Shown here: positions 25,301 to 39,200 of the stretch, one piece after another
Position numbering within the stretch: position 1 is the first letter of the stretch
Layout of the letters: every line of letters starts with the position of its first letter
Assembly: GCA_002633005.1 (NCBI GenBank)
Contig: NMRA01000947.1
Span: 1-64,000, forward strand
DNA: 64,000 nt
Source of the DNA: Phoronis australis
Lineage: Eukaryota; Animalia; Phoronida
Direction: 5' to 3'
Made by a program: the position numbers and the translations under genes
The notes under the pieces: generated by a model
What the model was told of the DNA's origin: nothing
The model's database searches: none
Seen by the model: only the letters and a program-made list of their open reading frames with translations

Positions 25301-28300
25301 GATGTTTGCGGCAAGCTTGCAGCAATGTATGCGGCTGGGTTGCAGGAACTGTTCCATATAAGGACATAGAGATGTTTGCGGCTAGCTTGCAGTAATATGT
25401 GCGGCTGGGTTGCAGGAACTGTTCCATATAAGGACATAGAGATGTTTGCTGCAAGCTTGTAGCAAACTTCATTTGCATGGTAAAAGTTTGCTGCATGTTT
25501 GCGGCATGCAGGAAATTTGCATCCACTCTTTGGTCAGAGTTGATTCTACGTGTTTGCGGCTGGTTTGCAGAAACTTTCGCAGCAAGCTTGTCGCATAGGC
25601 GGATTTAGGGGGGGCCCAGGGGGCCCGGGCCCCCCCCCCNNNNNNNNNNNNNNNNNNNNNNNNNNNNNNNNNNNNNNNNNNNNNNNNNNNNNNNNACCTC
25701 AAGAGCCCCGGGAAAGCTATCACAGCATCAGAAGCTTTAGGCTCCAGTCATCTATATGTATATGCCCAATAAAGGCTCCATATATTGATTGAGCTGGCAA
25801 GGCTTGAGTAACAGCGATCTTATCTGGTCGTTAACAGTTATAAACAACTTGGGCTTAGCCTATTACAAAGCCAGCACAACAAAAAAATCGAGAAAAAAAT
25901 AACGTTTTCAGCAAGAAATCTTTAAGTTATATACGAGGTTATCGAAAATTTGTATACTGAGTCATATATTTTGTATTTAGAGAAATATGCATTTCAACAC
26001 TGAAAGGGTATATTTTTCTCACAGTATTAAAGGAATTCTTAATTTCTCATCTATTTGGTCATGCAGCCATCTCTTTGCAATAAAACTTTCTAAAAACGAA
26101 CGGTGCGTTCAAAGCAAAAAAACGGTAACAATAACATTACCAAGGTTTCGTTTGATAGGCCTACTAGTAGTGCATAGGCCTACATGGCCAAGATGAAATC
26201 TCATGAACACTGTTGTGATATTATGATCTTGTTTTCGATTTATTATAGAACTATGGCCCTGTAATTGTTAAAAAATTCGTAGCATGTTTAAAACGGTTCT
26301 AGGACTGGACCTGAAAAAAATATCAGAGCCCAGACTCTTCCCAGCATCCGATCAGGGCAAAGGTCGACGGTGGGGTATAAAGAATGGCCAAATGAACTTA
26401 GGCCTCAGTAGCCAAGTGTTGGGATCGTTTGTTGACGAATTTTGCAGGGAAATCGCTGATTCTAGTGCCGGAGCGGCGTGTCTCAAGAGTTTAGCTTGAT
26501 GAACAAAAATGACAAAACGAAAATGAAGCAATGAAATAAGTCTTGATCTGATAATTACAACACTCTATGTCAAAATTCAGTCCGGAGCAGACCGGGCAAC
26601 ACGGAAATTCACAGGCAAAGCCTAGTCTCGGGGTCCCAAGTTTTGATTGAATATAATGGAATACATTGGTCACGTGAAGGTTTTGGTATACCTGGGGTCC
26701 GTTCCAAGAAATTAACTATGCAATCTTTTTTTTATTTCGCCTAAGACTAGGCCTAATTTGTCGCAACTTACCGACTTTTCCGGTGCTGGTAGCCTAGGCT
26801 TCATCTAATCAAACTCTTAAGACAAAGCTTAAGTTAAAAATCTATGCCAAAATTAAGACCACTTTCTTGGAAATTAAAGTTTTATCTTAAAACTGATTTA
26901 AAGATTCGCCTTTAGCTAAGTCAGTGGAATGTTCCCCATGGCCACTATGAGCGTGCCAGTCGACCGATAGCCTAGTCTCAATCTCGTTCGCCTCAGTGAC
27001 AAAAGATAGCGGTGTGTGTCACCATAGATTATACACTCTATCACAGTGCTAAACGAAAGTATAGGTGGCGCTGTGTCAGAGGGTTCATAGATTATGTACT
27101 ATAGTCTATGGTGTCACAAGGAATGAAAATATCCACAGTCCAAAATTTTAAAGAGGTCGGATAAATTTGGCTACGGTCTGTTGTCTAATTCTCGGGACAT
27201 AATGTAGGAGTGCGGCTTCCACTAACACGATTTTCTTTGCCAAATTTTGTTAAGCTGACCTTCGCACGGTGGTTTAGGTCAGGAGGGCACGAACATTTGA
27301 CCCAGTTTTTGATGCCAATGTTTGCTTTTGTCATGTGGTAATGAGTTAAGGGGACGAGTTGTTTGCCACTGAAGGGTACAGCAGTGATTGAAGATTGACC
27401 CTCCGTGAAAACAGAATTTATTTGCATCACGGCGGTGCAGTGTCACCGTTTACGTATTTCGAACATCTGCTTGTGCTTGAAAACAGTGTAAATACGGTTA
27501 GTTTCTTTATATCACCTGTCGAGACGCTGGGTAGTTATACATGTAAACTATTACTGTATTAGGCAATGACCATCGCCTCTGTTGGCCCGACCTGGTCGAA
27601 TTAAAGTACAGGTTTGTACCAAATAGGAAATTTTCAAATTTTCAATTACGTTTTAAAAAACGTAATTGAGATTCTAATAATATATGCTATCACAAATGCC
27701 TTTTTGTGGAAAGTGAAATGGCATTTTTAGGTTTATCAATATTGAGTGACATGTACTTGATTAAAGTCAGACACACTGCAGAGGCAACAAGTTTAAGTTG
27801 AAAACACCGGAACAAATGGCGTACACAGCAACTCAAGGTTGGTTAGAACAAACATGGAAGAAAACACGACCGATCATCCCATATGATCCCTATGGAACAC
27901 CACTAATTGCTGTAATGCAGATTAATCTGGAGTAGAATGTGTTAAGAACGTCAACGGTTATAACTGGATAACCTCTGTAGTTGTTCCTTTCAACACCATG
28001 GTAATACGTAGAATGGAAAGGTATAATTTATGTTTGATGCCTTAGATAAATGAATGATGTTATTGGATGATATCGCTATAGTCGAAATATTGCAAATTTC
28101 AACATAGGCCTACAAGTTCAATGATAGCCCATTCAGTAGACTGATGTATCATGAAACCATATTGGGAAGCAAAAATAGTAATCGATGAAGTATTCGACAG
28201 TTTTCAAGTATTTTAGATGAACATGGGAAAAATAGATATGTTTATAATTGTTAAGAGTGATTGTTTTCAGTTGACAACTAATGAGGTAATTTAAAATAAA

Positions 28301-29250
28301 ATGCTTAAATATGCTCGACATACTGTTCTAAGCATGCCTTTCCACGGGGGAAAGTCCAATTTCATGGTTTTCTCCACTGGCATTCGACATATTTTGCACC
28401 ATTTTCAATGCTACTAAACCTACCCGTTGGGCGCATTTCAACGCTCTGTGTTGCTCTTGTTAGTTTAGTCAGGTAAATAATATCATTGTTGCAATTATTA
28501 TAGATTTTGTCGTGCGTTAAGAATAAAACATCTCGGTATATTGTAATTAAAGCTTGCATACATTCAAGTTGTTCTCTCACGACACAATTTTGATTGTAAT
28601 ACAAGTATTATTACTAATTGCCACTGTAGACACTTTTATAGTTCCGTTATTCATTGTCATGTGATATTGTTTTCATTTCTAGTCATTATACACCAGATTG
28701 AAAATTATCATGTTAAATCTAGTGTGCAGTTGATTGTGTATTTTCTTGTTTTAACAAGTGGGCATGCAATAAAAATTATGTATTTGTCAAGTGCATTTCT
28801 GCATTAAATTATTCATGCCATAATTCAAGTATGTTGTAGCTTGCAGTAATATTTTTTTCTGGTGGTTCGCAGAAACTTCTATATAACCCAATGAAGATGT
28901 TTGCGGCAAGCTTGCAGCAATGTGTGCGGTTGGGTTGCAGGAACTGTTCAATATAAGGACATAGAGATGTTTGCGGCAAGCTTGCAGTAATATGTGCGGC
29001 TGGGTTGCAGGAACTGTTCCATATAAGGACATAGAGATGTTTGCTGCAAGCTTGTGGCAAACTTCATTTGCATGGTAAAAGTTTGCTGCGTGTTTGCGGC
29101 AAGCATGCGGCAAGCTTGCGGCAAGCTTGCGGCAAGCTTGCGGGAATGTTTGCGGCTGGGTTGCAGGAAATTTGCATCCACTCTTTGGTCAGAGTTGATT
29201 CTACGTGTTTGCGGCTGGTTTGCAGAAACTTTCGCAGCAAGCTTGTCGCA
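22362..29250. repeat. Near-identical tandem duplication: copy A 22362-25595, copy B 25696-29250, separated by N-gap 25640-25695
   Basis: Collinear sequence from acctcaagagccccggg to agcaagcttgtcgca with scattered SNPs and indels; duplicated pseudo-ORFs appear in the track. Confidence 0.95.
27023..27110. mobile_element. 88-bp MITE with CATAGA...TCTATG ends and 7-bp TSD (P-superfamily-like)
   Basis: TIR catagattata / tatagtctatg; TSD gtgtcac on both sides; copy A at ~23662 is the empty site. Confidence 0.85.
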
Positions 29251-29304
29251 ACTTTGCGGCAACCTTGCGGCAAGTGTTTGCAGGAAGGCCTTTTTTTGGT
29301 ATGG
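28830..29304. repeat. gcaagcttgcg minisatellite-like subterminal array ending ttttttggtatggg (CACTA-like MITE end); shorter copy at ~25240-25595
   Basis: Tandem gcggcaagctt units plus ~62-bp higher-order repeats. Confidence 0.6.
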
Positions 29305-30163
29305 GTAAGCCCAACTCTGACCCTAACCTAAGCCACAAAAGGTAGGCCTACATTCCTTGGACTAATAGCCAAATAGAATTTTCAGCTATGTAGTCCGTCA
29401 ATAGTACAACATCTGCCGATAAGAACATGGCATCTCTTAATTACTCAAGGAAAGTCTCATCCTGAAAGTAAGTGAGAACAATTGGATTCTAACAGTAGAG
29501 AAGGTACGTACGTGATGCTCCCGTACAAGGACCGAGCTTTCACATGCCGGTGGCATATCGGTGATGCCTCACATTGATTAAACCATCAAAGTCTCATTTA
29601 AGTATCTCAGGTCCTGCATATAGGAGGCCATTGAAGTCTTTAATTCCTTCCAATATACTCCTGTATAATTAAACTTTTTTTCGAGCAGTCCTTCATTCAG
29701 TTGCTCTAATCGGCAACTGCATGACCATTTCTACACTTCATGCACCAGGGGACATGATGTCTCCATAATTCACCGAAAAGCTTCTGGTGTACAGTATGAA
29801 TTTATACGCCCTATGGGAGCATGATCGTCATCTCTAGACCTACTGCTATGTATAGAGACATTGGCACTGTATAATTATTATGATTGGACTCTAATGAGAT
29901 GAAAATCTGACTAATTAATATGCCATTCTAATAGGTGAGAAGAAAGTCTAACTGGCTCATGAGAATACAGTGATATTCTAATGTGAGAATGCAGTGAGGA
30001 TCTAAATTTGCATCACACACAGTGAGAATTTCTCTTATTGGTAATTCTCAGAAATCACCCTTTACGTGTAATTTTCTGTTATTGGGCTGATTATAATTGT
30101 TTTCGGGTTGGCAAATTTAAGTTATATTTTCCACATTTTAGTGTGAGATTCCGACGATTCCAA

Positions 30164-30221
30164 ATGAGTGAGAAGCAGCCAATTTTGTCCCAGCCTGTGG
30201 GATACAACAACTTCCAAGCAG
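30164..30221 (+). CDS. PLSCR: Scramblase copy 1 coding exon 1 ([19 protein letters not shown])
   Basis: Acceptor ttttag ending 30141, ATG, donor G|gtaagc; phase fits exon 2; conserved in copy 2. Confidence 0.8.
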
Positions 30222-33200
30222 GTAAGCCGGCGCTAGGCCACGTCTATGGTCTACACAGCTGTCTGAAAGCTAGACAATAAAGCTAGTTTCAGAGGGATGT
30301 ATCATCTAGTACAATTGCATGCACATGGTTGTTCTTTTGTCTGTAGCTACATGCTGGCCAACAAGTACAGAAAACAGTCTCGGCTGTTATATTACAGCAC
30401 TGCCGAATTGATTCCTCACATAATGCTTTATCATTAGGTTGAAATGTACTTAAGACACCAAAGTGGCCTTTGGCTGTCTAAGAAACTATAACGTTAACTC
30501 TCCGCTTATTAAACACACCTCATTTTGCTCATCAAAAATTATATTGAAAAATGAATTTCTTTTCTGACCACAGAGTAATCAATTCTTGTAATACACACAT
30601 TTTTGTTTTGACTATTAGGAAGGACTGATTGAATACTGCATATTCACCACTTAAAATGATACTAAACCCTGTCTTGGTAATTTCAACCAAACACTCGACG
30701 TTCTGTCACCTGCTAAATTAATGCACCATTGGCATCACACTTGAGTAATCAAAGCAGGTTTCAAGATAAACGTCACACTTTCTTTGTCACAGATAGGATA
30801 TTATGGTTCTTGGTGGGCAGTCTTTCACTACAGTTGTCCTGTACTAGCTTGCCTAAAGCGTTGGTCACGCTTGCCCATTTTGCAAACTTTGCAAGAAATT
30901 TACAAAATTTTGATCAGAACATTTGAGGGTTGTCAAGGGTTACAGAGCATTATTTTGTTTCAGAAAACTAGACGGGACTGTCGTTTTGTGATATCCATTA
31001 TTAGTCCAAAACTGGGTTTGATATCCTATTAGTGTTACATGTGACCTTATCAACAAGTCCGTTCATTGTGCTTGATATGTAACTAAAGTATTTAACTCGG
31101 CAAAAGTACAAGGTAGGCCTGTTATGTTCTGAAATTAGGAATTTCATAGAATTTGATTTTTGACTTTATCCCGGCTTGGAATCTTCCTCTTTTAAGAGGA
31201 TTTCCACTTTTTTGGTTTCGATTTCCCCTTATTTGATTTCCAGTTTCCTCTTTTTTGTTTCTTTTTCATCATTATGATTATTTTGGCTTTATTCACGCAA
31301 AAACATTTATTTCAGTTAAATTTCACAACACAGATATATTTCTATCAAACAAGCCTATTAATTTGTGGCACAAAACATCTCCTGAAAATTTTCCTTTTTG
31401 GCCATTAGACATTTCCTGTTTTATACCAGTCTGGCACAAATGAGATTACGTGAAATTGCGGTTTTAAAAATTTACAAGATGCATTCATACCAAAACAACG
31501 CTATCAATAAAATGGCCAAATTTTATTTTTAATAGCACAGCCCAGTCAGCCTAGATAGGATCTGATAAGATATTAGAGCTATTATCGAACAAAAGAGAGC
31601 TGGCCCTCCCCAACCATGAACGTCACAATGGAGTTAATCAGTCTTGTAAGATACTGGCTACAGGGGTTATCCTCCCAACCTGTTGTTGGGGTTTAGAATC
31701 AACAAGTTGGGAGCAATGGGAAAACACCATAATGAGTTTCCTACGTTACAAGATAATTGTTTTTAACCTGTCCTTAAGGTGTTCACAACAGTCTGTAACT
31801 AATATGATCATCTTCATATTTTGAGTTTGTTAGTGTGCTTTGGTTGATTAGTTGAGATGAGTGTTTACCATCACAGAACAAGTACAATGGATGGAGAGGC
31901 CTACAGCTGCTCCTGGGTGTCCTCCGGGCTTGGAATACCTGACCTTAGTTGACCAGCTTCTCATTCACCAGCAGGTGGAGCTGCTGCAAGGTAAAGTACT
32001 GGCTCAGTGACAAAATGGTGTAGTTTTGGAAAGCACGCAGAATCGACATCTTCTTTCCAGGTCAAATTTTAAAATCTTGGTGTTTTGTTTTGGATCGCAA
32101 ATTCAGCATCGTCTGATTGACAGTGCTATAATGATGCATGTAGGTTGCATTAACTTTCCTTTTTACCAAAAATAACAAATGAGTAATATGATGGAAAACC
32201 AACAATTTAGTTTGTGTGCAAAATGGAGCCAACTATTGTTAACTGAATAATGGTTTTTAGTATTGATCAAGTGTAACCAGGTTCTGTGATAAAAAGTACA
32301 CTGGACTGGGACAGAAATTGAAACTCAACTGAGGTTTAATTGAGATTCAATTGAAATTCAATTGAAGTTTTTTGCCATGTAAATGAATTGATTCAATTCA
32401 TTAACATATTCAATAGCCATTCAATAGGAATTCAATAGCCGTTCAATAGCCATTCAATTCTCCATGCAGTACAGGTTCATCCCATATTCAATATATAGCC
32501 ATTCAATGGCCATTCAATAGTCGTTCAATGGCCATTCAATTTTTCTAACTATACAGTATAATTTGAATTTCAAGTATTTTCTACAATAAATTAAATATTT
32601 CAAAAATAGGATGTATTGTTGTTAACTTCGTCAAGAGATAAGAATAGTTCACAATCTTCATTCAACAATCTGGCATGCACGAATAAAATCAAATCATAGA
32701 CAACTGAACATTTCGAAACATTAAATCGAAACCTGCACAAGTATTACAATTATCATACAGCATCAATCAAAGAAAAACAGAAACAGAGCCTTAGGCATTT
32801 GAAAAGTAGCAGCCTTTGTAAACATTTTGAAGAATCTAATGCTGACTAATTGTAGATTGGTTTTCCAACATTTGTATGCTGAGCCTCGTACGTGAAATAA
32901 TTATATGACACTATGAACTTAGTTGAACACATCCATACATTGAAGGGTAAATGAGTCGATATCTAGTTAGCTAAGTAAATGTAGGCGATAAGATAAAAAA
33001 TAATAATTTCAGGCATACAAAGCTATAGCAGCAATATATTAGTTGTCTGAAAAGCATGGTCCACATGTGATACCAAATCTTTAAATGTCGGCATTGTACA
33101 GCCTTTCATGGTCTCTGAAGAACTCTGGAGTCCGCACTTTTCAGAGCACTGAGACTTGATATAATCCATTAATTTGAGGTATCTGTCCACAACAGGAATA

Positions 33201-36200
33201 TGATGGCCGGCACTGTGTTGGTGGGTCAGTGAGCATTAGCTTCCAAGAGTTATAGTCTTTTCACTTCATCATGCATGTTTTCAAAGTCTTCATTTTAACT
33301 TTGTGTTGAGCTTGTCGCTCAGGAAATACATGAATGCTTTCTTAGTTAATTAGCCATAGTCTTTAGAAAATTTAATATGCTTTTGACTAAGAGCGTTATT
33401 TGCTACACTAATGAAAACTCCAGAAATAGGAAACCTACCATAAAACTTGTTTGAAGTCTATTCACTGAAGAAAAATAATGAGTACAAAGCATGGGTATCA
33501 GTGACAATTTCATTGTGACTTTCTCATAACATAATATTACCTACATCTATGAACACAGTGTTTCATTGTAAATGCAGTTTAAATTTTTTACATTATTTGG
33601 CACTTGGGAATATCATCCAGCACCAACCAACATATTTATCAAAGGCTTCAAATTCATAACCTCTGCAGTACTGTGACGGTTTGAATGGCCTTCACGAAGT
33701 ACATGTAGCTTATGTCACTTAATAGGGCCTTAACTCCTTAGCCAAAGTGAGTACTATTTCATTTTCCAATTTGTACTGTTTCAGTTGTGATAGCCAAATA
33801 TCTCTAGCATCTCATTAACTCATAGCTGAAATTTGATTTTTAGTCCCATGAGCAGAACAATTAAACCATACTGCAGAGACACTACGGGTAGATGACTGGT
33901 GGCAAGGCAAACCTCTAATATCCAATACATGTACATCTCTTACTTAGTGCCTATATAGCTCAATTATTTAGTTTCAGTTCATGTAACCAAAATAAGAATT
34001 TACTTCTCTCAATCAAACAATTGCTCTGATGTGAGAATTTTAACACAGAATCATAAAAATGTGTTTCTAAGTGTTAAGTAATTAAAGTAAATAAAATAAT
34101 ATGTTAGGTCAAAACACGATTAACTGACACTTGTCTTGACAACTACAAGCACATGCAGGTTTTGGTCTGTAACCCAACTCATTTTGAAATCTGTGCTCTA
34201 CTACTTAACTTCCATAACCTTAATCAATTGAATCACTGCAGAAATTCAATAGCCGTTCAATAGCCATTCAATTGACGGCATAATCAGGTTCAAGGGAAGT
34301 GCCAATTGAATTTTCATTCAATAGACATATTCAATAGAAGTTCAATTTTCTATTGAGATTCAATTGAATTTCAATTGAATCTCAATTGAAACTCAACGTT
34401 TCCTTTTCGTATGAGTTAGCACCGCACATGTATAGATCTCCAAAGCACCCATAATTCATATCATGCGCGCACCCAGCCTAAAGTGTAGGGGGGCTCGAAT
34501 TTTTCGGTGAGAGGACCTTTTTGTGAAAGAAATTAACGAGGACTAAATAAAAAACGGGGCTACTGGGTTCAGGCGCACGAATTGTGCATCCAAGCCGACT
34601 TCCCGTCTGGAGATTTTTTGGACTTTTGTCTCGTTTACTAGGACTTGCTTCGGACCTTTTTGCCCAATTTTTCCGAGCTCCCCTTAGGTGCGCCCATGCA
34701 TATGAAACTTTCTAGTTCTGTCGCACATGGCTGGATTTGGCAACTTGCTGGTTGACAAATGCGAATTCCTATTTTGTTTGGCAACCTGGTAAAAGTCACA
34801 GGACACCACGGAGTTATTGCCACTCAGTGTCCAAGTACTCACTCAAAATGTTGCAGGATGGAAAACTGACAGAAGTCGGGGTCATTGGGAAACATTTCGT
34901 TGTTTGATTTGCTCAAAATTGCTTAAAGAGAAATGGTGTAGGGTATCTATTTCAGTTTTCACTGGCTGGGAAGTGAACAACAGATATGCAATTAAGAATT
35001 CCATGGGCCAGCAAGTCTACTTTGCCGTTGAAGGTACGTAACTTCACCATTATTAACAACAGATGGCCCCAGTAGACGAGTGTCTGGCAGGCAATTTTAT
35101 ACGCCCACATATTTATGTGTTGGCACATTATGCCGTCATCCCTGTCCGTCCGTCTATCCGTCCGTCCGGTATACACTGCTGTATCTCCAAAACCTCTTGA
35201 TGTATGTTCATGAAATTTTGCAGATATGTTTTCTTCATCGATGTGACGACATGAGCAAATTTTTGGAAAGATTCGACTACCATTGTGCCCCCTAATGGTA
35301 ATTTTAGTTTTTTATCTTTGCCTCGGCATCTTTGGTGTTCCTTAAGAGATTTTCATGACATTTGGCAAATCTATTAGGAAGATTACACCACCTTTTTGAA
35401 TGGATTCAACTTCTTGTGCGCCACCTAGTAGCCATTTTTACTGTTTGCTTTTTTTCCATCTGCCCCTCTATAGGCCAAACCACTGTGTGAGTCAGTAATA
35501 TAATTAATTGATGTACATGTTCCTTCTCAGGAGAAGACGGCTGGCGATAATTTTCAGACACCTCACTGAGACTACAGTCGTGGCTCCTTCTAGTGGCAGT
35601 TTTTTCGTACATGGCTGCGGTATCACCTAAACCCTCTGTAGGAACTTTCCTAAATATAGCAAGGGCTTTTATTTGACAACAGGTGACGATTACTCTTGGA
35701 TGGAACCAACCTGTGCTGTTCCCCTACTGGCAATTTTTTTTTATTTTCCTCTTAATCTTTGGAGTTCCTAGATGGAATTTTATGAAATTTCTTTTATAGA
35801 TTATTTTTAAAGACTGAGGTAATGACATCTTTTTGTTTTTCAGATGGATTTGACGTAGTGCATGTCACCTAGTGGCCATTTTTTATTATTGAGTCTATTT
35901 TTGGCGTCCGCCTCTGTCGGCCAAGTCGTGGCAAGACTGTATGCCTCCTAATGGTCATTATTTATTATGTTTTAGTCTGTTTTTCGCATTCATCTTTCTA
36001 TTGGCCAAACCACCCTAAGAATCGTTATGAAAATTGGTAAAGGTGTTCCTACTGGGAAGAGCACGGTTGACAATTTGTGGACAGTTTGATTACTGTGGCG
36101 CCCCCTAATGGCAGTTTGCTTTTCTCACATCTTCACCTGTTTCTCCCTGTTACATCTTTGTGAAATTAGGCAAGTATTTATCTATGACCATTTTTACAAC

Positions 36201-39200
36201 AGATGACGATGTTCAGACATATCTGATTACCAAAGTACCACAGTGCCCCCAGTTTTAATTTTTATGGGCTTGTCGGATGTGCTCTCATTGGGAGAGCAAT
36301 GCTGACTTGCTATGCATCCCCTGGAGGCAAATAAGTTTGCTAGCATTGCTGTAGTTGGAATATTTAAAATTACCCCTTGTATATGTGCCTTATGCGACGC
36401 ACAGGCTGGCCGCATATCAACATTTGACGTTGCTCTTGTTTATATAGTGAGGACAGGTTGCAAAAGGAATTGGGTGTTCATTAAGACGGAAAAAAGTTTA
36501 ATACGGATTTGGAATGCTTTGGACAGAGCCTTAGACTACAGGTGACAGCATTTACTTGTGAACAACCAAGAGCTGGTACTAAGATTCTGTAGTTGCCAGG
36601 CTTAACTACAGCTGGGTGTAGTGCGGTTTGGGTTTACCAGCTCGTTTCCAACCACTGACCTAACATTTTTGGTCTGTGCGGTGCAATTTATTAAGACTAT
36701 ACTGATTAAGTGATACTAGATAAGAAACAATCAAATTAAGTATTTGTTCAGAGTGTTAATTTACTCGATTTTGTTGCAACTTTGACGTGCCACTGTAAAA
36801 CACTTCTGAATTCAGTACCAAATCTAGGATATCACGAGGTGAGCCCAACATTTTTCATTTGTGTTGTCTACCCCCCCCCCCGTNAATATTCTCATGGAGA
36901 ATTAAATATCCATAATTTGCTGCAACATAATGAATACCAAAGTTTATTTATCAGTCATTACTACTCCTTTTTGTCGGCAGCTGGGGGGTCCCCTGTCACC
37001 TCTTCCTGAATCCGCCACTGGAAATCAGTGCCTCACTGGCCATATATATAGACAAATTACTGTAAAAATCCAATTATAATCTTGGAGTGTATACTAAATT
37101 TTAGAAATAGGCAATATTGGCTATTTCAAATTCAAGAATTACAATCAATGACCAATAGAAATTCACAACATGTATATAATTGAAAACGTTGCATTGACAA
37201 CAAGCTATTTGTGATGATTTGATGAACTTTCACGTATTCTGCTGACCCACTACATAGCATCCAAATCACTCATGGTTATAAGTTAATACAGCTTAACAAG
37301 GGCTGCATGAAGATGACTGTTAAAAAAATTATTTTTAATGGTTCTGAATACCTGTGCCCAACAATAAATTGTAACATTTTGTGCTTTCACCTTCACATCG
37401 ATGAGCCTGCAAGTAATGGTTCAAAGGATTCAAATTTTGTAAGAACGGACAGATGTTTAAATGAATAAAAATCAATTTTAAAATTCCTTGCTGAAATCTG
37501 TTTGACATTTTTCTTTGGTTTATGCAGAAACTGACATGTGCATGAGGCAGTGCTGTGGACACCACAGGGGGTTTATTATTCACGTGTTTGATAACATGAA
37601 TCAGGTGAGTGCTCTAGTGGCCATGTCTGACATCACTGTTGGTCAGAGCTAAGCTACAATAGCTTTCTAAGATATGCGTGGCAAAGTCATAGTGAAAAAC
37701 AAAAAGGAAAATTGATGAAAAAACACTCATTTTATGCAAAGAATTGTACGATGACACTTGGCTTACCTCAAAATCCAACTGCTGACTGGTGGTTTGGTAA
37801 ATGGCCGAATCATAGTGCACGCCCAGCAGAATTAATGAGGAACATTACAACATGATTAAACAAAATTAATGTTTTAGGTTGTAAAAGTCACATCACATTT
37901 CTTGTCCAATTTTAAAAATTCAAAAACCTAATCACGGGTACTTTTCATGAACTATTTAAACATGCTATTTGAAAACTATCAAAATGAAAATTTAAAAATA
38001 TCATTGTCGCCCCCAGTGTGTTAATGATGGGTCTGATCATCTAGCATCTAGAGAATCATAACATCTGAAGCCTGAGATGATGTAATTAACTACCACAGCA
38101 CGGTGCCTTTGATCAATGCCTGCAGATCCCGAGTTACGCCAACCGGTCCAGTTGTCCAATCTTGACCGGTTGGGGTGGCAACGTAGGATTCGTGATGACC
38201 GTTTGAAAATTCCCTGAAACATTTTGCTCAGCAAGCATTCAACACATTAGATGCTATATCTCATTTCCCAGAAGTACATTAACATCTGTGCTTCCTTCCA
38301 GTGAGGATTACCGTAGCCACGTACCACTGCATCTGGACTTTAATGAGTGATGTCTTTTGTTTGGGAATTAGGAAACAGTGCTGCGTGTCACTGAGTGAAA
38401 ACTATGGCCTTGTTATGGGTACATTTGTTTCCCACTCATTTTTGATACAAAACTTTGCACAATTAAAATTTTGATCTGTCGTTGAACTTTGGAAGTTTTT
38501 CATTGTTTGATTGGCTGAACCAGTTAATCAATTCAGAAGAAAAGAGAAATGAGGCACATTGCAACTGCTGCTCCCTTGTTGATAAGTTCCTACTTCTATT
38601 GAGCAACACAATGGAGCCACTTGACTTATGCACACCACCACACAATAGAGTGTTCATCTGAGTGTTCTTGATGCTCCCCAAATAATACTGCAGAGAATCT
38701 TAAATGGGGGGAGAATCTCATGAGACCAATGATCACTTAAATTCTCAGGCAATTCTCAATTTTGGACTTCAGGTTTGGAAAAGCATGGCCTTGCCTATTC
38801 TTTTATAGAAAAAAAGTCGAAATTTCTTCTAGAAAATTAGACAACTGACTTTTTCGTCTTTGAATTGTGTATAGTTATTATAGGGCTGAAGACTGTTTGA
38901 CAACAACAGGTATTCACACTTGGTGATTTTAGTGATTCGCAAACAATTATCATCTATTACAAACTTTTGCACTACTTGCAGGTCTGTGCTATATTTTTGA
39001 AAATGCTTTCTTAATTTTTTTTTAATTTTGACAAAAACGGTATTTGCTAAATGTGACATTTTCAGTTTTTCATAGTTTTTGCTTCATCAACCCAGGTTAT
39101 TTGGTGACAGCAGTATCAGTATACAAAACAACAAAGTTAAATTGAAAAGTAAATTGTTCAAATTTGTGTAGTTAAAAATTCAGCAACGGTAAATTAAGCT

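Noticed and set aside
22159-28321. Duplicated 60-100-aa ORF pairs (MHFNTE..., MFKTVL..., MMQINS..., MSSIFK...)
   Set aside because: By-products of the near-identical duplication, not evidence of coding conservation
28787-29331. Several overlapping Cys/Ala-rich ORFs
   Set aside because: Arise from the gcaagcttgcg tandem array
31891-31893. Internal ATG (MERPT) as the scramblase start
   Set aside because: An in-phase upstream coding exon is conserved in both paralogues
38040-38400. Possible RTE-type LINE 3' remnant on the minus strand
   Set aside because: Too degenerate to call
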